62,996 nt of DNA, filler included, from Neolecta irregularis DAH-3 (GCA_001929475.1; 10 parts of 10 records of this genome joined end to end with filler, not necessarily neighbours in it); one strand, 5' to 3'. Positions 37,891 to 51,160 are shown, numbered from the whole stretch's first letter. The notes: generated by a model from the letters alone, not told the origin. Program-made: numbers and translations.

Positions 37891-38527
37891 TTATTCAACT
37901 GCATCAAAGCTCTGCTGGACTCTACTTAAAAACATCTGGGGATTCTCTGAAATCAACCCTTGTAAAATCCGAAGGACTTCCTAAAGTGATTAATTCAAGC
38001 GACATAAGATAATTACTGGATGAATCTGTTGTTCTAGCAGACCGAGAAGTTCCATTGGATTAGGCATATAAAACATGGCAATATAAAACTCCTTTGCCGA
38101 ATCCCAAAATTTTTCTGCTTACTCAGCACCGGAAATCTCAGTAGTAAAATACTCTGCAAAGCATACATTTCCCCATATTGAAGCTTGTTTTTGATGGCTT
38201 CAGAACGTTCGGCGGACGTCTTTACACTGGCAATCTCTGTTTTTGTTTCCTGCAGAATTTGCCTATATCTCGCCTTTTCCCCTTCAGCTTTTTTCCTTTG
38301 CAGAAACTCCTGTTGGGTTCTGTGAAGTTTATTTGCGTTATCTATGTCATGAGCGGAGGTAAATGGAATCTATACAGAGGGCTTTTCTGTATTCGCTGTT
38401 ATTCCGCCGCTGGTAGTCGAAATATACGGCGTAACCTGGAATTAGCATGGAAACTACAATTATAGCTACCTATTATAGAGGCAAGGAGAGAGCCTGCCGA
38501 AATCGTGACGAGTGTGCTGGTGTGCAT
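37891..38527 (-). CDS. TOM20: Mitochondrial import receptor Tom20
   Basis: N-terminal anchor MHTSTLVTISAGSLLASII spliced to GYAVYFDYQRRNNSEYRKAL; later FYIAMFYMPNPMELLGLL. Missed by the ORF track because of introns. Confidence 0.85.
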
Positions 38528-38783
38528 TTTATCGATACGGTTGCAAAAACTCGGACAGCCACACTGCCAACCAGCGCAATTGCAGCTCGCCGACTACAAC
38601 GCCTGCAGAAAATGTAAAAGTGCTATGTACTTCCCCTCGGGTAGTCTGAAAATTTTACAATATATATACTAAAAATTTGATCAAAGTGTCATTCTATTTG
38701 CGCCAGAGGCTATCCACGCCACAAATCATGTATGCGAAGCTCTCAATATCATAGGCCTACCAATACAGGAAGATATTTGTGGG

Positions 38784-39146
38784 CAATGTTGTGGATGGGC
38801 CAAAGCCCATGGGTTTTTAAAAAGCCAGGCCAATGGGCTTTTCTGAGGATCCAGCCAGCCCATGGACTGGCCCATGTGCCAGTCCTAACATGGGACAACC
38901 ATTCTGGGTGGTGGCATGCAGGGCAGAGATGGGCAGGGCAAGAATATGTTAAAAAGCAAGTATAGCGAGGCGGCGGGAGAGGCAGGAGCGCGAGATTGGA
39001 GAGGCAGGCGAGACGGGCTGGTGAGGCAGGCAGGCAAGGCGGGTAGGAAGGCGGATAGGGATGAGACAAGGGAGAAGGGCTGACCTAAGTAGTATTATCT
39101 AATATTATCGCCAAAAGAAATGCCAAATGAGCTATCCACAAATTAT
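38784..39146. mobile_element. Non-autonomous element of the GA-rich/CCATGG family
   Basis: Left end CAATGTTGTGGAT and right end ATCCACAAATT. Repeated CCCATGG/GGCC motifs and a GGCAGG-rich core shared with 24290-24690 and 58865-59254. Confidence 0.6.
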
Positions 39147-39238
39147 CAACAAAATCCAAATACCCAAGATCCCTTAGATCCAATTTCAGGCATCTCAAAG
39201 TTGGCTATATATCACCACCTCATGCAATTTTATCCAGT

Positions 39239-42200
39239 TCAATCGATGCTGACACTCAAAATACCCCTTTCGTCTACACTCAGGTCATTCTTATAGATAT
39301 CCCAAAATCCCCCAACATTATCGTTCGCCGCATGTCTGAAAAACTCTTTCAGAAAAACCTACACGATCAGAGCAGCTACAACCCGGGATTAGACCTGTAA
39401 GTTTACATCCTTCAACAGTCCTTCGTCTTCATCACCACCCTCTACACCTTCCAATGCCGCATATTCTTGTAAGGTGTCGATACTGAAGTTCTCCCAATCA
39501 TCATCTTCATCATCAGGGATTGCTCCTTCCTTGAGTGTTGCTTCTGAACTACCAAGCTCATGGATGAGAAGTTTGATGATTTTACTGGGAACAGAGATAC
39601 GACTCCATTGATCAGGGTTTGTGAGAGCTTGGGACCGAGTGACGATTCGTCCCGAGGCGAGCGTTATTAGATCACCTTTAACTTTTATCGCAGCAACAGA
39701 GGACGACTGGAGGTTGAAAATATTAGCGAGAGCGATAGAACTAGATAGTAAGTTCAACAGACAAGTCCTTAGAACTTTACCTCAGTTTAATATGCGAATG
39801 TCCTTGGAGAACTTCAAAATTTTCCAACCAAGCCTTCATTAATCCCTCAAGACCATTTCTCTGTTCGATTTTGATATCCTCCAAAAATCTTACCATTGTT
39901 TCTGCCTGCTTTAGAGCGAGATGTGCAAATACTGCAACGAGTGTTTGGATAAAGTTTGGAGCCTTTGCGGTTTCCAGGCGTTTCACCGCGAAAGTGAGGA
40001 TTTCTGGAACGAATGGGCCGATCGCTTCTCCAAGCTACCATGTAAGATAAGAGTTGTTGAAAGTGAACAAATACCCTGTCAAACATTTCTATCAACAGCG
40101 GCCCAACGAAAATACTAGCACTTTCCTCAATACTGGGATGCAACAATCTAGCAATGATATGCATCGTAATATCCAAAGCTGACCTGCCATTTGCAGACCT
40201 TAAGTATCAGCCTTCCTCCTCGTGCAGGAAACCACCATCGAAGAAAATTAATAGAATCTTTCCGAATAACATATTTCAGATATTCTTGACCTGTTTGAAG
40301 CAGTTCCATATCGTCAGCACGTTCCATCACGATAGCCAGAACTGGAAACATAGTCGTGAAAAATGGTTCTGGCATTGGCGACGGACCTCCTTTGACCAAA
40401 CAGTTCAAAAGTTCGATAGCAAGCTATATCTTTAATATTTGATGGATTGGTCACACATACCGAGACGATTCGTTCATCAGAGTCATTTTGCAGTGCTCCA
40501 AGAAGACTAGGAAAAGTGACCTCTGCAACTCTCACGAAGTCGTCCGAATTGACAACGAGATCTTCAAAGCAATCGGTAATTAAACCTCTCACATATGGAT
40601 CTCCCGGATTTGAGGCAGCAATATTGAATAACATTGGCATAAATGGATTATCGTTTCTCGTTGCTGCAGAATAATCAATCTTGATTGCCATGGAGAGAGT
40701 TTCGACTAGAAGCACAGTTGTTTCATCTGTTGCTTGAGCTACAAAGTTTGTAACGCTGTTCAAAATCGCTTGTTGATAGGGAATTAATGTCTCACGAGGA
40801 AGGCGCTTACAAAATCTAATATTAGCTAGTTTATTGAACCTTGAATCACTTGAGAAGGGCTCGTAATGCAGACACTTTGACAACACCAGGAACTTCAAGT
40901 TGAAGGGATTTAATGCATTGAAGAAAATATTTTCCTGAAGATTCGTGAACAATATTCGATAGTTGACCTGAAATGCAGAGGACTCGTCCTCGAAGAAACG
41001 TATGATCTAGATCAATCAATACACGTCGATGAATTTCTGGAAGCTACCTTTGACCTCGAGACAAGTATCCAAGATGATTGTTAATTTCTGATGCAATTCC
41101 AGATCCTTAATCTCGCCAATCTCATCCGAGAGGATCCCCAGACAAAATAAAGCACCCTCGCACAATCGCCAATTTTCGTCGTTGATCTCATTTTGGAAAG
41201 TCGCAACAACTTGATTCCAAACTATCTCCAGGATTTTTCCTTCAAAGCGACCATAGAGTTCCTACTGAGTGAATACTTTGAAGACTATGATGAAACCTGA
41301 AGCAGATCCGCAACAGCATGACGAACCCCGTATCCCGGAGTCTCGCCAATTTCATCGTCTACAAATTTATTGACGTCCTCCCAATCGTTCTCCATATCTT
41401 CGGTAATCCTCGAAAGACTAAATAAAACCTCGATTAATTTCTCTAGCATTCCCGCGCGTAGAATTTCTTCTTTAATAGATCGACTTGTTATTCCAATTTT
41501 GAGGAAATCGAGTTGTTCTGTTATTAATGTTGATAATGATTCTGATTCGCCATCCGGCGTTTCGTATTCAGGAATATCGCCATATATTACGCTATGGTAA
41601 TTCCGAGAGTGGCACTGCAGGTCGGACCAGATAGACGAGAATAACGGAGAGAGAACCCGATTTAGGTGATGAGGAAAGAGAACTTTGAGTTTATTCAAAG
41701 TCTTTAAAGGTTAAAACCGAGTCGAAAAGAATAGTCACCTTGACGATTTCAATCTTGAGTACTGTGATATCATCGTGTGAGTTTATTTGAATGCAAGCCG
41801 TATAGAACTCAAACCAGGGTGGTAATGCGGCATCCATAAACACCCTTATTGGCTCCGCATATAAATCTTTGACCATTTCGAGCGAGTCAAGACAAGATTC
41901 GAAGATGGCGACAGCCATAGCTCGATTGGCGATCGTATGCTGGAGTCAATTTCATTGAAGATATTAGATGATACTTCATCAGTCATCGCAATCCTCAATA
42001 ATACATCCACAAGGTCTTTCGCCACAGAAAAAAACTGCTCTTCTGTAAGAGCATCTTCTATGAATTCTATAAATGAGCATTATAGAAAGAGAATAAACAC
42101 CTTTTAGAACTCTCATCGCACCATGAACCTGATCTTTTCCACCTTTATGCAACATTTCCATCAAACCCGTCATCAAGCCAGGCCAATCTTCAGGAAAATC

Positions 42201-42668
42201 GGCATTCGCGATTCGTGATACCACGTACGCCTTGGCAACAATCAGCGCATGTTCCTTAACCTTTACCATACGGCAGCAACTCGAATTTTTCGGTCTGGAT
42301 CGCTGATTAGGGAAGATAGAACCGCCCGAACATGTGATTTTGCTTCTTTTGATAGGCTTGGACCTACATATTCTTCGAAAGTGGGAGACCAGTAACGCAT
42401 AACATAGGTTTTCAATATGATTAACGCAGTCTCAATTGTCAGCTAGGTTTGATATAACACAAATCTATACCTGCCGAATAGGAATATCGAGAGAAGATGA
42501 ATCAGCAATGTTAACCAGCGATATCGGAAACTCTAGTCCATTAATTGTGTATTGTGAGAGTTTACCAGATTGACTCGACACTTTCCTGATATCTAATTCG
42601 GCTGTCATACGAACATTTGGATCGGGAGATTGAGAATGCCTAAGTAAAGAAAGAGTTGTTTGCTCCAT
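39239..42668 (-). CDS. KAP114: Importin-9 / Kap114 family karyopherin beta (many introns)
   Basis: IBN_N start ([13 protein letters not shown]), [68 protein letters not shown], acidic DDEDDDWE loop. Confidence 0.9.
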
Positions 42669-44012
42669 CTCCTAACTATTGAGCGAATGGGTGGTCAACA
42701 TCAAGTGAAGGACGCGATTTGAGCAAACAGAGGTAGTCGCGAAAGATAATTGGTCCCCCATGCATAACACAATCTCATTCGAAAGGGGCTTTCGTTATTA
42801 TTATTGTGTTTCTGGACCATAAAGAGGGCAACTGACTCGTCGATAAATCGTTTCATGACCCCATTTTTTGTAGACGCAACTGATGAAATAGTGGATAGCG
42901 CATTTATGATTAGCAGGCAGTCTGTTTCCCATATAGCGAAATAAACCGGTCGAGGTTTTTATGGAAATATGTTTTTTTTGCAATACGTTGGATGTTATCA
43001 ATCACGACAGAAAGACTCAAAGATTCAGCACTTGTCAAACTCGATTATATTCTGTATACTAGCGCTCTTCTATATGAGGATATAGTTGTATGGGCATCGC
43101 TTTGGTAGAGTGTATCTTCACCCTCAATCTTGAGTCCCTGAGCTGTTCGACAGATAATCTAACCATCTTGGAGAATCAATTTTCCTTGCATAATTGATAA
43201 TTTAAAATCGTCTATATCCGAGACTTCCGCTTCAAGTTCTTGGTATTTTTCTTATAAATATTCGTAATATATAGAGAGCAAAGGAGGACTGAAAGGCAGA
43301 TTATTCTTCTGAAGTAGTTCTTTTTGATGATTTTGTAAGTACCGGGATTAGCCGAGTAGATGTTGAATCAACACATCATTATTCATTGACCAACTGTAAG
43401 ATAAATCTTGTCAGTTTTGCCTTTGAAACCCTTTGCTCGCAGATTCTATAAAGAGGTTAGGGTGTGGATCACTTAGGAGTAACCAATAATTACTGGGCTT
43501 AGCTTAGTTTTCTTTCTTTATCTACTTGCTTCTGATTGGAGAAGGATGCCGTGCTCTGCGGGTACTTAGGATAGCGTTTTGCTTCTTTTTTCATCATCGT
43601 CATATCACCAGAACAAGTAGGCCCCATTCTCCCTTTCTCTCCCTCATGAACTACGACCACAACAGTTCGATAGCCAAGTTCGGTTCTCAGATAGTAGGGC
43701 AGATCCTGCGCGACATATCTTTAGTGGTGCGGGAAAGAAACAAGTAACAAATAAAATATTTCTGTAAAGAATACCAATGGGCGGTTTTATTGTTTGGAAG
43801 ATTTACTTGACCCTCGAAATGAGAAATAGTGTAAAATATTGAAATTTGATAAAGAAATTCTGAAACCAGTTCATATTTCCACAAATTCAGTATTACTTAA
43901 AGAACGGTATTTAAACTACATGATACAAGTGACTAGAGATTGAATATAAAAAAAACCGAAATTAACGGACAAGGCACAGGAATTACAAAAAGTCCAACAT
44001 AAAAATCCCGTT

Positions 44013-45138
44013 TCACAGAATGTAAGGCAAAACTGAACTCGCCGCGAATCCCAAAACAAGGCCATACAAAGCTCTTACCTTCCTTCGCTCTCTTGCGACA
44101 CGGTTCTCAAGTTCCTCTACAACCCTACTCTTCTTTGTTTCCCGCCCATTGTCTATTTCATCTCGTGATTTTCTCTTCTCAGAAGAGGACTTTGACAAGC
44201 TTAAACTTTTGAGTGACTGGGCGTCGCTCTTTTGGGCCTTTGCGACCTGGGCTTTAGCTTTTTCGAGGTCGGACTTGATTTGGGAGGGGCTGGGTAGGTT
44301 CGAAGTAACCGAAGAGATCACTCCTTCAGCACGATCGGACAAAACATTTGATTTGAGAGATTCTGCGATATGTGGAAAAGGTATACAAGAATCCGCTTTA
44401 TCTTTCTTTAAAGCAGTGAAATCGAAATTCGGGAGAGTCGGGGCTTTGTACCCTTTTCTAGATATCCCATTGCTATGAGATTTCTCAAAGTCATCATCAC
44501 TCTTCACGCGGCTGGAAGAAGCAGTTGATGGCGTCTTTGGAATACTTTTCCTTGTCGAAGGTATGCGTTTCTGAGGAGACGAATGAGACGGCGATGATGA
44601 AGGTTTCGCTTTGAGTACCGTAGGATCGCCCTCGAGAAGCGCTTTGACATATGGCACAATACCATATTCTTCACTTAATTTCAGCGCTGGGCGATCAACA
44701 AATAACGATTCAGATATAATATACCATCTTCACTTGAAATCCATGGTCCATCCAAAGGATCGAATGATGAATAACTATGTTCCACGTGAATCATTTCCTC
44801 TTTCCGATCGTCTTCAGTTGCATCTGGAAACGCAAGAACGAACCTATTTATTTCAGCAGTGGTCACTTGAAAGTTTAGAACATTGTTTTCACGCTAATAG
44901 AATCGTTGTCAGATCTTCGGATGAGAAAACTAGCCTGAGGGTTTGGAGTTGGACATTTCAAACGAACGATATCAAGATTTTTTGGCCCAGGGAAGATGAC
45001 AGTTTGAGTGCGACATTTCTTGACCAGCTGGTCGTCTGGGTTTGTTAGAGTATGTCGCGCATGAGTAGGCTCACGATCGGGATGTGACTCGAGAAGAGGG
45101 TTGTGTTGGCCGGGAAGTCTGGAGGGCTGATTAACCAT
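44013..45138 (-). CDS. bqt4: APSES-domain inner nuclear membrane protein, Bqt4-like
   Basis: LPGQHNP, FLIRRSDNDSISVKTMF, AFPDATEDDRKEEM, GPWIS, PYVKALL, and a single C-terminal TM helix (RALYGLVLGFAASSVLPYIL). Confidence 0.8.
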
Positions 45139-45354
45139 GCTTGAAGGAAAGAAGGAGAGGAAAGCCAGTTTTGGCGGTGGCTTTAGAAGCACCCACATCA
45201 TTCACGTTCCAGCCTCCCAAGAACGGAATACTTAAAACTACACCGAATTCGATTTTAACATAAACATTTATGGGTCGCAGATTCCTCACAAGAGCTGTTC
45301 TTCAAAAATAGAGAAATCATTGATCTGAAAAAGACACTTGCGAATGATAGTCCA

Positions 45355-47897
45355 TCACAATAACAAAGGTAATCTAGCTTTTCCATGCAGAACCTCCTTC
45401 CAATCTACTGAAAACCCATTAAACTGATTAAACCGATTAACTAAAGATCCCAGTAAAGTTTTTCTCGCCATTCCGCTTACAAACCGTCTCATACCAACGA
45501 TAATTAACAGTTTCTTTGCACGAGTTAACATCACTGTTAATTTTCTTATATCGCAGAGAAAGCCTAGACTGACGGTGTGTACAACAGAGAAAATAACAAT
45601 GTCTGCCTCATACCCCTGAAAAGTGTCCGCGCTATAAATGCAACGAGTGGCAAGATTTGATTTATCAAGCAAATCTGCGATATGTAATCGTTGAGCCTTA
45701 TAGGGCGTGATTATGGCACAATTAGAATTGGCATAATAATTATTAACCAGTTGCACGACTGTCATTGCCTCAAGATGATTCTGCTCAATCAGCCCTATAT
45801 AGCACTGCCGTGGGACCTTGTGAGACTGTCCTTGCTTCTCTTCAAATCCTGAATCAACATCAATAAACCGAATACAGTCTCTCCAACTTGTAATCTCATG
45901 AGTATACTTGAGCGACTCTCCATAAGCCGAACTTATAGCTTTTGCAATAGGTAAAGGCAACCGATAAGAAGTGTCTAGTAGGACCCCATTTCTTCGTAAA
46001 TGCTTCTCATCAAAGACAGAATAAACGCCTCGAATAGTTTCGCTTGCATGTGGGGACAATTGCATCGGATCTCCGAAAAACGCGACGTGCCGCAAGGATC
46101 GGCGAAACTTTTGAAGAAAGACGGCATAGTCTCCCGTGAATACATGATTTGCTTCGTCGACAATAATCAGATCGGGAGGATATCGGTCATAAATTGGGCC
46201 TAGAATATCCGAATTGAGCATCGATATCGTCGATAATATAACCCTAGTTGCACCGTCCTTGAAGAGATTGCCGTCCAAGAAGCGAGGAGCGATATCAGAG
46301 GAACTGACTAGTTTTTCTTTCATTCCCTCGGATAAATGTTCATTCGATAATTCCTGTAAAGCGATGATTCGAAAGTCAGGCCCATTATGTTTCAAGAAAG
46401 CTTCAGCCATGTTCATGACAGCTATGGATGACTGCGATACGCACAAGACAAAACTTTTGAAATTTAGGGACAGCCATGCTGCAGTTGTAGCCACGATCAC
46501 AGTTGTCTTGCCAGTCCCAGGCGGGCCTGATGCATCAAAGGATTACAAGGGAAAGAATACCATGAACAAGAGTTGTAAGTGATCTACATGCCGCAATTTC
46601 TTTTGCCGCTCTTCTTTGACATGAACTCATGAGGGCAGGAATGGAGATTGATGGTGATTTAACTCGAGATATCCCATCCAAAAGTTCGACTTTAGTTGAT
46701 CCTTCTTTTTGGAGATAAATCCACTCGCAAAGATCGTTTCCTCGAAACGAGTCTCGCCCCATGACAATATCTCGGAAAAGCAGATTGCTAGATGTTAACC
46801 GGTCCCAAGGACTTTCCATGCCGAAAACTTTCCTCTGAGCGCAAGCCATAGTTATCCGTCAAGTCAAAACAGTTGGCATCAGTGTTGCTACTCGCATCTA
46901 GGGACGTACTACATCTCGAGGTATCTTTATCGTTTAATCTTGCCTTTGATGAAAGATTGGATATTTCATAATAATTCTCCGCACCCCTCGTACTCTCGAC
47001 AAACTCTGACCCATTTCCGTTCTCGGCTGTGATATCGAGAAAAGACGGAACTAAAAGGCTGATAATGCGCAAATCGTCGTCGTCGTGGTACGGTATATTG
47101 AAAAGACCTTGTTCCTGGAAATTAAAATCTTGGGATATTGCTAAACCGGTCATATATGACATCCAAGCCTCTAAAGCTGCAGTCTTGATATGATTGTAAG
47201 AAACATGTAGATCAATCCAAACTTGTTCGTCGATACCGGGTCTTTTGAATTCCTCGACTGTGCGTGGATGATATGATTTGCTAAAGAGCTGAAATATACC
47301 TGAATGACGAGGTTGATATCCTTCTCCATGTACACTTAATTCTATTGCAGACTGAAGGGTATGTCCAATCTTGTCCAAGAGGACTGCATCTTGCCAGATT
47401 CCATAGCTAGTCTTTCGAATATCTGTGTTTGACAAGATGAGATTTTCTAAACTGTCGTTGAAATGAAAGGCAGAATGCTCATTCAGGCGGATCATGAGAC
47501 AGCGGGTTTGAGTTGAAAGTTGAATTAATGACAAAATCCCCTTGACACCCCCTGAATATACAACTGTCATCCCAAGAAGATTATTGTCAAGGTCATCAAG
47601 TAGCCAGATAATTTCATCTTGAGAGAGTTGTTGGTAGAAAACCACTAAAACGTCCAAAGACCATGGAGGGTTTGTGAGAAATTCCTTGGAAAGCAGAATT
47701 GAATACATGTTTTTGATCTTGAATATTGAGAGTTCGTCGAGGTGTATAAGAGATTGGAAGGGCGACTCCATGACTCCTTTATGGCTGATGACATAGGAGG
47801 AGGCCCTGAAATATCGAGTAAAAAGGCAGGTACTAATATCACAGTTTGACCAAGTTGACTCGATACTCGATTCGGTGTCCTGCAACCTCAAGTGCAC
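45355..47897 (-). CDS. UPF1/SEN1-like SF1 helicase with N-terminal degenerate WRN-type 3'-5' exonuclease-like domain; possible frameshift
   Basis: GPPGTGKT (spliced at about 46527-46560), IIVDEA, GDPMQL, SYRLP, ITPYKAQ, DTFQGYE, VMLTRAK. N-terminal LIQLSTQTRCLMIRL..LENLI..IRKT..IWQDAVLL. Start may be 47771. Confidence 0.78.
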
Positions 47898-48502
47898 TGG
47901 AAATCAAAATTAGTGTGAAATAAAATTGCTGTATTCGACTTTAGCGTTGAAAGATGTTTACAATGATGGACTAGTGATTATTTGTAATGTTGCGGGAATT
48001 TTGTCAACAACCGAAGCTTAAGATCGTCCTCTTTGATCGTCGTCTCAATACCCAACGCCTAAATTTCCTTGCTCAAACTAGCTTCAATAAAAAGAAACTC
48101 GGTACTTTTAGTCATTCGTTAGACTCTGTGGCTCTAGCATGGGTATTTCTCTGGGAGAAAAAAATGATGGAGCGAGTCTGATATCCAAGAGCGGGCTTCT
48201 CTCGGGATTTTCGAATATGGCGCAGCCGGAACTGAGCGTGAAGGTGGATTTTCCCAAGAACACTCCCTTTATTTTATACCACGCTGTCTAAATATCAGTT
48301 CTTGTACTACGTTCCTGAAGAAGGTAAACTCGGTTGTGTCAGCCTTGGAAACATGCTTATGTATACTTTCACAGCAAACAGTCTGTTTCAAAGAAATTTG
48401 TAGAGGGACATGCATGAGGACACATCACTCGAAAAGATATAACTGATCACAACGGGTATACTAATACCTTGCCCGTCTCACCTACTCTGTCAACCCTTAT
48501 TC

Positions 48503-49857
48503 ATGACCAAAATACTCGTCGTAGGGGGCCTTACCTCAATTGGTAGGCATCTATGTCTCAAAATTCGTCGAGAACAGATCGCAGAACGATTATGTATCGT
48601 AGATAAATCACTGCCGCAGTTGTCGTATCTTTCACGAGAAATGGAGGATGCAATCGTCCCGTGTTTTATTCAGGGGGACATGTCAAAACAGGGTATCTTG
48701 ACCTGCAAATGGTGGAATTAAAGCAGTAGATACCGTTGATAAAATCTTTGGAATGGATGACTGGGATTGGGTCATTAATTTCCAATCTGAAATTCCGTAC
48801 GATCAGATTGATGAGATTTATCAGCAAGGGATATATGACCTTTCGATGTTTGTCGGAGAGAAAGCGGCACAAAATCGCGTTAAATGTTTTGTCCAATGGA
48901 GTAGCATGGATGTATAAGCTGTTTAATAATAACAACTGATATCGATTTTAGGTCTACGAGTCCCTCTCAAATAAACCTAGTAAAGAAGGCGACAAACTTC
49001 AACCAGTGACGCGTAACGGGAAGTGGAAAGCCAAAGCCGACACGGATCTTTCTCGGATCCCTGGGTAATCGATCATGATTCCAAATAGAATATCTGTTGA
49101 CGACAAGATTGAATGTAGTTATTTTTCGACCATCGATGGTTTACGGACCGCACGCCTCATTTGCTTACAGTGCGTTTTCATCGCCGATGGGTCTAAACTC
49201 TGTAGCTGTGTGGGTTTCTCTTGGTCTAATTCACAAATATCTCGGTGAGTCGATGACTATCACCGAAACTGGAGAGACGCGGTACGTTGCTGCTGTATGT
49301 CTTTTGATGTGCTAGAAGAAATGCAGTTCATATCAGAGACTGTGCGGAGGCGATTATCCATGTTGCAAGATGGTCAATCAAGCGGAAACCCAAAGCTCGG
49401 ATCTACAATCTTTCAGATCCCTTTGATCTTCGTAAGAGTATTTTCAATGGCGCTGACGATAGAACAAAAACACATTGTTCAGTTTTTCCAATCGGTAACT
49501 GGAATCGAAGCGGGGTTTTTACCGCCGACCGACGATTTTGAAGCGCAAATGATTGATTTGGTGGATGAGATGAACGAGTACTTGCTGTCAACGTGGAACC
49601 ACATGCTTCGAGTGGCAGGTATCCGTGCAACTCCAGTAAGTCCATATTTAGATAACGAATTCGTTCGAATTCGAAGCTTTTCGATTGACGGGACAAAAAT
49701 CACGCGAGAGACAGGCTTTGAGTACACTGAGAAATGTCTGACGTTTGAAAATGCCCTCGAGGCGTTGCTAGATTTTGAGGAAAGAGGGTTGTGGCCTAGA
49801 GTGCTTGGCCAGGGACAAATTGTGGCTGCGAGTAATGACGGAAATGTACCGCTGTAG
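48503..49857 (+). CDS. Atypical NAD-dependent epimerase/dehydratase (SDR) family protein
   Basis: KILVVGGLTSIGRHL, IVDKSLP, FIQGDM, LNVVIFRPSMVYGP, SIDGTKITRETGFEY across introns. Confidence 0.8.
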
Positions 49858-49916
49858 AGATCAAGCGATAATAAAGCGAGTTATTATTGACAATAATAAG
49901 AATCANNNNNNNNNNC

Positions 49917-50128
49917 TTTGAGGAAAGAGGGTTGTGGCCTAGAGTGCTTGGCCAGGGACAAATTGTGGCTGCGAGTAATGAAGGAAATGTACCGCTGTAG
50001 AGATCAAGCGATAATAAAGCGAGTTATTATTGACAATAATAAGAATCAACCAAGTAATGTAGCAAATTGGCTGCGAGTAATGAAGGAAATGTACCGCTGT
50101 CGATCAAGCGATAATAAAGCGAGTTATT
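49917..50128. repeat. Local duplication of about 49775-49905 around an N gap (probable assembly artefact)
   Basis: Near-identical sequence repeated two to three times next to gaps. Confidence 0.75.
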
Positions 50129-50228
50129 NNNNNNNNNNNNNNNNNNNNNNNNNNNNNNNNNNNNNNNNNNNNTTAATTAATTAANNNNNNNNNNNNNNNN
50201 NNNNNNNNNNNNNNNNNNNNNNNNNNNN

Positions 50229-50723
50229 TCCCTGCCCCGCTGACCCCCCCCAGACGTCCTCCTCACCTGCCCCGTCTCCTCGCTCCCCAGCGACCCCGCC
50301 GCCTTCCCCCACCCCCTAGTAAAGCTCTCAGACTTTGGCCTCTCCCGCTCCTTTGATCCAAAAAGCCCCTTGCTGACTACCCGCTGCGGCTCCGAAGACT
50401 ACGCTGCCCCAGAAATAATAATGGGCAACCCCTACGATGGCCGCCTCTCCGACGCTTGGGCCTTTGGCGTAATGCTCTACGCCATCCTCGAGTCGCGCTT
50501 GCCCTTTGATCCCCCCACCTCGGGCAAGATCGCCCACAGAATAGCAAGGCTCGACTGGAAATTCTACCGCCTGGCTACAGATCCCTCCTTCTCCCCTGCA
50601 TCCCATCTGATCGCTCATCTGCTAAAACCCGCTCACTCGCGCTTTACCATCGACCATGTCCTCGATTGCGATTGGATCAGAAACGGCTGTCTTTTGGACT
50701 GTGCGCAATTGGTTGATCGTTGA
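50229..50723 (+). CDS. Ser/Thr protein kinase C-lobe, Prr1-like (5' truncated)
   Basis: VKLSDFGLSR, TTRCGSEDYAAPEIIMGNPYDGRLSDAWAFGVMLYAILESRLPFDPP. Confidence 0.88.
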
Positions 50724-50778
50724 TCTCTGCACTGTATACTTTATAGATAGAACATACACATAATTTAATAATATCCAC

Positions 50779-50832
50779 ATATCCTATTATTCCTATTCCT
50801 ATCCTATTATTCCTATTCCTATCCTATTATTC
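50779..50832. repeat. (ATCCTATTATTCCTATTCCT)n minisatellite
   Basis: About 2.5 copies of a 20-mer. Confidence 0.85.
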
Positions 50833-50997
50833 ATATCCCTCCTGATCGGGAAATAAAGATAGCCCGATCTGGTCCCGATATCGTCATACATTCAGTCTCA
50901 TTTCATCCTTCTATCATATTCGGCCTCCCGGATTAGGATATATCACATTCAGATGTGCCTGAACATTACGTGCCTGAACGATGAATCAAGTGCCTGA

Positions 50998-51160
50998 TGA
51001 CATGTCTGGTGACATTAACATTAGACATTAACATTAACATTAGACATTAGACATTAGACATGCCGGTGACATTAACATTAGACATTAGGCATTAGGCATC
51101 ATTAGACATTAGACATTAGACATGCCAGTGACATTAACATTAGACATCATTAGACATGCT
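50998..51160. repeat. Hierarchical ACATTAG/ACATTAA satellite with GACATG..GTGACATTAACATTAG higher-order units
   Basis: Directly visible 6-7 nt units grouped into three longer blocks. Confidence 0.85.

Noticed and set aside
43040..43720. Coding-like minus-strand fragments between KAP114 and bqt4
   Set aside because: A gene model could not be assembled and no motifs were recognised.
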